Origin: an uncultured delta proteobacterium
Lineage (GTDB): Bacteria > Desulfobacterota > Syntrophia > Syntrophales > UBA2192
Direction of reading: 5' to 3'
DNA length: 31,541 nt
Assembly (NCBI GenBank): GCA_963705165.1
Contig: CAVPJD010000013.1
Location: forward strand, 1-31,541
In this document: piece after piece, positions 25,664 through 31,541 of the stretch
Numbering within the stretch: position 1 is the first letter of the stretch
Layout: each line of letters opens with the position of its first letter
The notes under the pieces: model-generated
What the model was told of the DNA's origin: nothing
Seen by the model: the letters and a program-made list of their open reading frames with translations, nothing else
The model's database searches: none
Position numbers and translations under genes: made by a program

Positions 25664-28255
25664 ATGAGGTTCGACAAATTCACCGTGAAAGTCCAGGAGG
25701 CCCTCCAGGACGCCCAGTCCCTGGCAGGAAAGCTCGGCCACCAGGCCGTGGATATGGAGCATCTGCTTGCGGCCCTGATCCGCCAGCCCGAGGGGATCGT
25801 TTCGGCCGCCCTGAAGAAGCTCGGGGCCGACACCCGGTCGATCCAGCGGGAGGTTGAAAAGGCCCTCAACAGCCTGCCGAAGGTATCCGGAGGGGCAACG
25901 CAGGCCTACATGACCCCGAGGCTCAACAAGGTTCTCGAGAACGCCTTCGAGGAGGCAAAAAAACTCAAGGACGAGTTCGTCAGCGCCGAGCACATCCTCA
26001 TTGCCATGACGGAGGACAAGGACGGCCCGACAGGGAAAATTCTGCGAAATGGCGGCGTCACCAGGGACAGCCTCTACCGGGTCCTGGTGGACATCCGGGG
26101 AAGCCAGCGGGTCACCGACCAGAACCCCGAGGAAAAATACCAGGCTCTCGAGAGATACGCGAGGGACTTCAACGAGTTGGCCAGGAAGGGGTCCTTTGAC
26201 CCGGTCATCGGCCGCGACGAGGAGATCCGCCGGATCATGCAGGTACTCACGCGGCGCACGAAAAACAACCCGGTGCTCATCGGCGAGCCCGGTGTCGGCA
26301 AGACAGCCATCGTCGAGGGCCTCGCGCAGCGGATCGTCAACGGCGACGTGCCCGAGACGCTCAAGGACAAACGGGTCGTCTCCCTGGACATGGGAGCGCT
26401 GGTGGCCGGCGCCAAGTTCCGCGGCGAGTTCGAGGACCGCCTCAAGGCGGTCCTGAAAGAGGTGGCCGACGCCGCAGGCGAGATCATCCTCTTCATCGAC
26501 GAGATCCACACCGTCGTGGGCGCGGGGGCGGCAGAAGGCGCCATCGACGCCTCGAACATGCTCAAGCCGGCCCTTGCCCGGGGTGAGCTGCGCTGCATCG
26601 GCGCCACGACCCTCAACGAGTATCGCAAGAACATCGAGAAGGATCCCGCACTGGAGCGGCGCTTCCAGCCCGTCCTGATCAAGGAGCCCTCCGTGGAGGA
26701 CACCATCGCCATCCTGCGGGGGCTCAAGGAGCGCTACGAAGTCCATCACGGCGTCCGGATCAAGGATTCGGCCATCGTGGCGGCGGCAACTCTTTCGGAC
26801 CGCTACATCAGCGACCGGTTCCTGCCGGACAAGGCCGTCGATCTCATCGACGAAGCGGCCTCGCACCTGCGGATCGAACTCGACAGCCTCCCTGCCGAGA
26901 TCGACACCCTCGAGCGCAGGATCATGCAGCTCGAGATCGAGCGGCAGTCGCTGAAAAACGAGACGGACCCCAACTCGCTCGAGCACATGCAGAAGCTCGT
27001 CGGCGAGATCGGGAAGCTCACGGCCGAGCGCGACGAGAAGAAGAAGCACTGGTCCAGCGAGCGCGAGGTCATCAAACGGATCCAGTCGGTCAGGGGAAAA
27101 ATCGAGGAGCTCAAGAACGAAGAGCTCAACGCGCAGCGCGCAGGCGACCTGGCGAAAGCCGCCGAGATCCGCTACGGAAGGCTCGTGGAACTCAACAAGG
27201 AACTGGAAAAGGAACAGGCCCAGCTCACAGACATCCAGAGCGGCAACAAGATGCTCAAGGAAGAGGTCGAGGCCGAGGACGTGGCGGAAGTGGTGGCCAG
27301 CTGGACGGGCATCCCCGTCTCGCGCATGATGGAGACTGAAGTGGCAAAGCTCATCCACATGGAGGAGCGCCTGCAGCAGCGGGTGATCGGCCAGGAGGAG
27401 CCCATCCACGCCGTCTCCAACGCGCTTCGCAGGGCCCGATCAGGGCTGCAGGACCCCAACCGGCCCATCGGCTCCTTCATCTTCATGGGCCCCACGGGCG
27501 TGGGAAAGACGGAACTGGCGCGGGCGCTGGCCGAGTTCATGTTCGACAACGAGCAGAACATGATCCGCATCGACATGTCGGAGTATATGGAGAAGCACTC
27601 CGTGGCGCGGATGATCGGGGCGCCCCCGGGGTACGTGGGCTACGACGAAGGCGGCTTCCTGACCGAATCGGTGAGGCGCAGGCCCTACTCGGTCATCCTC
27701 TTCGACGAGATCGAGAAGGCGCACCCGGATGTATTCAACATCCTGCTGCAGATCCTCGACGACGGCCGGCTCACCGACGGCCACGGCCGGACGGTGGACT
27801 TCAAGAACTCGATCGTCATCATGACCTCGAACGTCGGCAGCCAGTTCGCCGTCGATTCCGCGATGAGCGAGGCCGAGAGAAGGCTGAAGATCAACGAAGT
27901 CCTGAGGACGACCTTCAAACCCGAGTTCCTCAACCGGATCGACGACATCATCATCTTCCGGTCGCTCACGATCAGTGACATCAACAAGATCATCGACATC
28001 CAGATCGGCCGGCTGCAGAAGATGCTCGCCGAGCGGAAGGTCACGATCGAGCTCACGGACAAGGCGAAAAAGCACATCGCCAAGGCGGGCTACAGCGCCA
28101 TCTATGGCGCCCGGCCGCTCAAGAGGGCCCTGCAGAAAATCGTCCAGGACAGCCTGGCCATGAAGATTCTCGACGGCTCCATCGTGGCGGGCGATCACGT
28201 GACCGTCGATGTGAAGGGCGACGGCGAGGTCGTCTTTCAGAAAAAGGCGGGATGA
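25664..28255 (+). CDS. clpB: ATP-dependent chaperone ClpB
   Basis: GEPGVGKT and GPTGVGKT Walker A motifs, long coiled-coil M domain with [16 protein letters not shown]. Confidence 0.98.
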   Translation: MRFDKFTVKVQEALQDAQSLAGKLGHQAVDMEHLLAALIRQPEGIVSAALKKLGADTRSIQREVEKALNSLPKVSGGATQAYMTPRLNKVLENAFEEAKKLKDEFVSAEHILIAMTEDKDGPTGKILRNGGVTRDSLYRVLVDIRGSQRVTDQNPEEKYQALERYARDFNELARKGSFDPVIGRDEEIRRIMQVLTRRTKNNPVLIGEPGVGKTAIVEGLAQRIVNGDVPETLKDKRVVSLDMGALVAGAKFRGEFEDRLKAVLKEVADAAGEIILFIDEIHTVVGAGAAEGAIDASNMLKPALARGELRCIGATTLNEYRKNIEKDPALERRFQPVLIKEPSVEDTIAILRGLKERYEVHHGVRIKDSAIVAAATLSDRYISDRFLPDKAVDLIDEAASHLRIELDSLPAEIDTLERRIMQLEIERQSLKNETDPNSLEHMQKLVGEIGKLTAERDEKKKHWSSEREVIKRIQSVRGKIEELKNEELNAQRAGDLAKAAEIRYGRLVELNKELEKEQAQLTDIQSGNKMLKEEVEAEDVAEVVASWTGIPVSRMMETEVAKLIHMEERLQQRVIGQEEPIHAVSNALRRARSGLQDPNRPIGSFIFMGPTGVGKTELARALAEFMFDNEQNMIRIDMSEYMEKHSVARMIGAPPGYVGYDEGGFLTESVRRRPYSVILFDEIEKAHPDVFNILLQILDDGRLTDGHGRTVDFKNSIVIMTSNVGSQFAVDSAMSEAERRLKINEVLRTTFKPEFLNRIDDIIIFRSLTISDINKIIDIQIGRLQKMLAERKVTIELTDKAKKHIAKAGYSAIYGARPLKRALQKIVQDSLAMKILDGSIVAGDHVTVDVKGDGEVVFQKKAG

Positions 28256-28274
28256 CCGGAGGCGGGGAGCGCCC

Positions 28275-28303
28275 TTGTGCGCAACCCCGCTTTCCTGTAT
28301 AAT
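28275..28303 (+). promoter_or_regulatory. sigma70 promoter of htpX
   Basis: TTGTGC-17 nt-TATAAT. Confidence 0.6.
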
Positions 28304-28318
28304 CCGCAACGCTACAGG

Positions 28319-28420
28319 AAGAGGGTAAGAGGTTAAGAAGGTGAGAATGTTGGCGAAGCAGGAGCATGCGCCGGCTGACAGCCTGTCCGACCTTTTCCCT
28401 GCTCACCCTCTCAACATCTA
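28319..28420. repeat. Inverted pair of 8-nt-period arms upstream of htpX
   Basis: AAGAGGGT-AAGAGGTT-AAGAAGGT-GAGAATGT and ACCTTTTC-CCTGCTCA-CCCTCTCA-ACATCT. Confidence 0.6.
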
Positions 28421-28445
28421 AATTAACAGTGGAGGAAGACAAACC

Positions 28446-29297
28446 ATGAACTCTCTCAAGACAGCCGTCCTGCTCGGTTTGCTGACAGGACTCCTGGTCC
28501 TGATCGGCGGATACCTCGGCGGGAAAAACGGCATGTTCATCGCCTTCATCTTCGCCATAGGCATGAATTTCTTCAGCTACTGGTTCTCCGACAAGATCGT
28601 GCTGCGCATGTACCAGGCCCAGGAGGTGACGCCCCAGCAGGCGCCCGAGCTGCACCGGATGGTGCAGGACCTGGCCATGAAGGCGGGCCTGCCCATGCCG
28701 AGGGTCTACATCATCCCCGGGGACACGCCGAATGCCTTTGCGACTGGCAGGAACGAAAAGCACGCCGTCGTGGCCGTCACCGAGGGGATCATGCGGATTC
28801 TGAGCCGCGAGGAGCTCGAGGGCGTCATCAGCCATGAGCTCTCCCACATCAAGAACCGCGACATCCTCATCGGGTCGATTGCGGCCACAATCGCCGGCGC
28901 CATCACCATGCTCGCCAACATGGCCCAGTGGGCGGCGATCTTCGGCGGCGGCCGCGGCGACGACGAGGAGGGCGGCGGCGGGTTCGTCGGAATGATCTTC
29001 ATGGCGATCCTTGCCCCCATCGCGGCCATGCTGATCCAGATGGCCATCTCCCGCTCGAGGGAATACATGGCCGACGACGGCGGCGCCAAGGTATCGGGCA
29101 AGCCCTGGGCGCTGGCAGGCGCTCTCGAGAAGCTGCAGGCGGCAAGCCAGGCCATCCCCATGAACGCCAACCCGTCTACGGCCCACATGTTCATCGTGAA
29201 CCCCCTCACGGGACGGGCGTTCATGAACCTCTTCAGCACCCACCCGCCCATCGAGGAGAGGGTGGCGAGGTTACGCAGCATGAAGCCGCGCATGTAG
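28446..29297 (+). CDS. htpX: Zinc metalloprotease HtpX (M48)
   Basis: [34 protein letters not shown]. Confidence 0.96.
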   Translation: MNSLKTAVLLGLLTGLLVLIGGYLGGKNGMFIAFIFAIGMNFFSYWFSDKIVLRMYQAQEVTPQQAPELHRMVQDLAMKAGLPMPRVYIIPGDTPNAFATGRNEKHAVVAVTEGIMRILSREELEGVISHELSHIKNRDILIGSIAATIAGAITMLANMAQWAAIFGGGRGDDEEGGGGFVGMIFMAILAPIAAMLIQMAISRSREYMADDGGAKVSGKPWALAGALEKLQAASQAIPMNANPSTAHMFIVNPLTGRAFMNLFSTHPPIEERVARLRSMKPRM

Positions 29298-29335
29298 CAG
29301 GCTGTTAAAAAACGCCCGTCTGCGGCCTTCATACG

Positions 29336-29440
29336 TTAGAAGGTAAGAGGGTTTGAAGGGTTGAAGGTTGGAGAAGCGGAGAGCAGGCATTGACCGCAGG
29401 CTCATCCAACGTTCTTACCCTCTCACCTTCTTACCTTCTC
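29336..29440. repeat. Inverted pair of 8-nt-period arms downstream of htpX
   Basis: TAGAAGGT-AAGAGGGT-TTGAAGGG-TTGAAGGT and TTCTTACC-CTCTCACC-TTCTTACC-TTCTC. Confidence 0.65.
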
Positions 29441-29488
29441 TTGCTTGCGGGATGCACCCGCGGTCAGCACCACAGCAGGGAGGGAACC

Positions 29489-29917
29489 ATGGAAGACGAG
29501 AAGGACTTCATCATCAAGGATCGCCGCCGTTTCGACGATGCGGGCGACACCCGGCCGGAGACACCCCGGGAGGAGGCGGCTGCGAAACCGCAGGAGCCGA
29601 AACCCGAAGCGAAGGCCGCCGAAACCCGTCAAGACGAAAAGGCGCAGGAGGCCTCGACAGAACAACCGTTCCCTGAGCTCAACTTCGCCACCTTCGTCTT
29701 CTCGCTCGGCACGTCGGCCATGTATCACTTCGGCGACTTCCCCGACCCCGTGACCAAAAAGGCGGAGCGCAACCTCGAGGCGGCCAAGCAGACCATCGAC
29801 ATCCTCGGCATCCTGAAGGACAAGACGAAGGGCAACCTCAATGACGAAGAGGACCGGCTTCTCGAATCGCTTCTCTATGAGTTGAGGATGCGCTACGTCA
29901 GGGAGACGGCGAAGTGA
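29489..29917 (+). CDS. DUF1844 domain protein
   Basis: FIIKDRRRF, FATFVFSLGTSAMYHFG, AKQTIDILGILKDKTKGNL, LLYELRMRYV. Confidence 0.9.
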   Translation: MEDEKDFIIKDRRRFDDAGDTRPETPREEAAAKPQEPKPEAKAAETRQDEKAQEASTEQPFPELNFATFVFSLGTSAMYHFGDFPDPVTKKAERNLEAAKQTIDILGILKDKTKGNLNDEEDRLLESLLYELRMRYVRETAK

Positions 29918-30750
29918 TCACCATAACGTCACCGGCCAAGGTCAATCTCATCCTGAAGGTGCTGCGCCGCAGGGAAGACGGCTACCACGACATCGCCTCG
30001 CTGATGCAGAAGGTGAGCCTTTCCGACGAGATGGAGTTCGCCCCCCGCAAGGAAGGCATAGCGCTTGCCTGCCCGGGCTCGGACCTCCCCACGGGCGAGG
30101 GAAATCTTGTTGTTCGAGCGGCGCGCGCCCTCTTTGCCGAGGCGGGTTTTACGGGCGGGGTGGAGATCACCCTCCGGAAGCGCATCCCGACGGCGGCGGG
30201 CCTCGGCGGAGGCAGCTCCAACGCCGCCACGACCCTCACGGTCCTCAACAGCCTTTTCCAATTCGGCTTCGATCGTGAACGGCTCATCGGGATCGGCGCC
30301 CGACTCGGCGCCGATGTTCCCTTCTTCATCTACGGAAGCTCGGCCTGGGCCTTCGGGATCGGCGAGATCCTCGAGCCGGCCAAGATGGCACCTGGGATGT
30401 GGCTCGTTCTCGTCAACCCGGGATTCGAGGTCCCCACAAAATGGGTTTACCAGAGCCTGAATTTGCCGTTGACAAAGACCCCTTTAAAGTATACTATCCC
30501 TACCTTTTCAGGGGTGCGGGATCTGGCTGCGGCCCTGTCCAATGATCTGGAAACGGTCACGGTGGCTCGCCATCCCGTGCTTGAGGAGCTGAAAGAGTTC
30601 CTCCGGAGGCAGGGCGCCCTCGGATCGCTCATGTCGGGAAGCGGGCCCACGGTCTTCGGACTCTTTGATAACGAACCCGATGCAATCAAGGCTGAAGGCG
30701 CACTGAGGACATCGTACCCGTATGCGGTGTTCAAGGCTCAACCGATCTGA
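29914..30750 (+). CDS. ispE: 4-diphosphocytidyl-2-C-methyl-D-erythritol kinase
   Basis: SPAKVNLIL, RREDGYHDI, KRIPTAAGLGGGSSNAA, LGADVPFF, MSGSGPTVFG. Confidence 0.96.
   Translation: MITITSPAKVNLILKVLRRREDGYHDIASLMQKVSLSDEMEFAPRKEGIALACPGSDLPTGEGNLVVRAARALFAEAGFTGGVEITLRKRIPTAAGLGGGSSNAATTLTVLNSLFQFGFDRERLIGIGARLGADVPFFIYGSSAWAFGIGEILEPAKMAPGMWLVLVNPGFEVPTKWVYQSLNLPLTKTPLKYTIPTFSGVRDLAAALSNDLETVTVARHPVLEELKEFLRRQGALGSLMSGSGPTVFGLFDNEPDAIKAEGALRTSYPYAVFKAQPI
30469..30497 (+). promoter_or_regulatory. ispE-internal sigma70 promoter, likely for tRNA-Gln/prs
   Basis: TTGACA-17 nt-TACTAT in an AT-rich patch of an otherwise GC-rich gene. Confidence 0.6.
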
Positions 30751-30803
30751 TCCCCCGATCATCGGATGCCTTCCCCCGCACGATTACGGAAATCCGTACG
30801 GGA

Positions 30804-30878
30804 TGGGGCGTCGGCAAGCGGTAAGCCACGGGACTTTGGCTCCCGCATTCGGAGGTTCGAATCCTCCCGCCCCAGCCA
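30804..30878 (+). tRNA. tRNA-Gln(TTG)
   Basis: TGGGGCG/CGCCCCA acceptor stem, CGGGA-CTTTGGC-TCCCG anticodon arm, GGAGG-TTCGAAT-CCTCC, CCA. Confidence 0.97.
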
Positions 30879-30921
30879 ATATTTTTGATAACATCAATAA
30901 CCCGTACGCAGGGTGACAGAC

Positions 30922-31541
30922 ATGCTCGAACGAATGCGCATCTTTTCGGGAAATTCGAACAAGAAGCTGACAGAAGACATCTGCACAAAGCTCGGCATTT
31001 CCGTTGGCAAGGCCAATGTGGCCACCTTCAGCGACGGCGAGACGAGGGTGGAGATCAACGAGAACGTCCGCGGCATGGACGTCTTCATCATCCAGTCCAC
31101 GTGCCCGCCCGTGAACGACCACGTGATGGAGCTGCTGATCCTCATCGACGCCATGAAGCGCGCATCGGCCGACCGGGTCACGGCCGTGATCCCCTATTAC
31201 GGCTACGGACGGCAGGACCGCAAGGTCGCCCCCCGGGCCCCCATCTCGGCAAAGCTCGTGGCCGATCTCATCACCGCCGCCGGGGCCAACCGGGTGATGT
31301 CCCTCGATCTCCACGCCGGCCAGATCCAGGGCTTCTTCAACATTCCCGTGGACAACCTCTTCGCCACGCCCATCCTGCTGAAATACATGGTGAGCAACTT
31401 CGCGAACAACCTGGTCATTGTCTCCCCGGACACGGGCGGTGTCGAGCGCGCCCGGGCCTTTGCCAAGCGCCTCGACGCGACGCTGGCCATCATCGACAAG
31501 CGCCGGGAAGGGCCCAACGAGTCCCAGGTGATGAACATCAT
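30922..31541 (+). CDS. prs: Ribose-phosphate pyrophosphokinase (runs off the window end)
   Basis: Own translation: [16 protein letters not shown]...[25 protein letters not shown]...[11 protein letters not shown]...[11 protein letters not shown]...[12 protein letters not shown]. Confidence 0.96.
   Translation, partial: MLERMRIFSGNSNKKLTEDICTKLGISVGKANVATFSDGETRVEINENVRGMDVFIIQSTCPPVNDHVMELLILIDAMKRASADRVTAVIPYYGYGRQDRKVAPRAPISAKLVADLITAAGANRVMSLDLHAGQIQGFFNIPVDNLFATPILLKYMVSNFANNLVIVSPDTGGVERARAFAKRLDATLAIIDKRREGPNESQVMNI

Overview
GC-rich bacterial chromosome segment, probably a Deltaproteobacteria/Desulfobacterota anaerobe. This is inferred from the gene orders rpsF-rpsR-DUF2232-rplI-dnaB and DUF1844-ispE-tRNA-Gln-prs. 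The right third (20.3-31.5 kb) is ordinary housekeeping: rpsF, rpsR, rplI, dnaB, rpoH-like sigma, clpB, htpX, ispE, tRNA-Gln, prs. The left part holds an OFA-type MFS transporter, a CBS-ACT (AcuB-like) gene, a four-LysM amidase, metF and tRNA-Arg(CCG). An accessory region follows the tRNA. It contains (i) a 690-bp integrase-less islet bounded by a 58-bp tRNA 3' duplication and carrying only a RelE/ParE toxin-antitoxin pair, plus a possible second islet ending at a third 13-bp tRNA-end copy; (ii) a cluster of FeeM-like N-acyltransferase, ThiF adenylyltransferase, beta-decarboxylating dehydrogenase, cyclase and DUF1537 kinase, with a divergent nitroreductase and EamA exporter, resembling a split acyl-oxazolone/N-acyl amino acid pathway (best candidate for a new system); (iii) a His-rich membrane protein pair and a diheme cytochrome c. 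Several REP/MITE-like and 7-8-nt tandem-repeat hairpin elements lie between genes. Many accessory genes carry small frameshifts, several at G/C runs, that look like long-read errors. All family calls are by eye from motifs; no searches were run.
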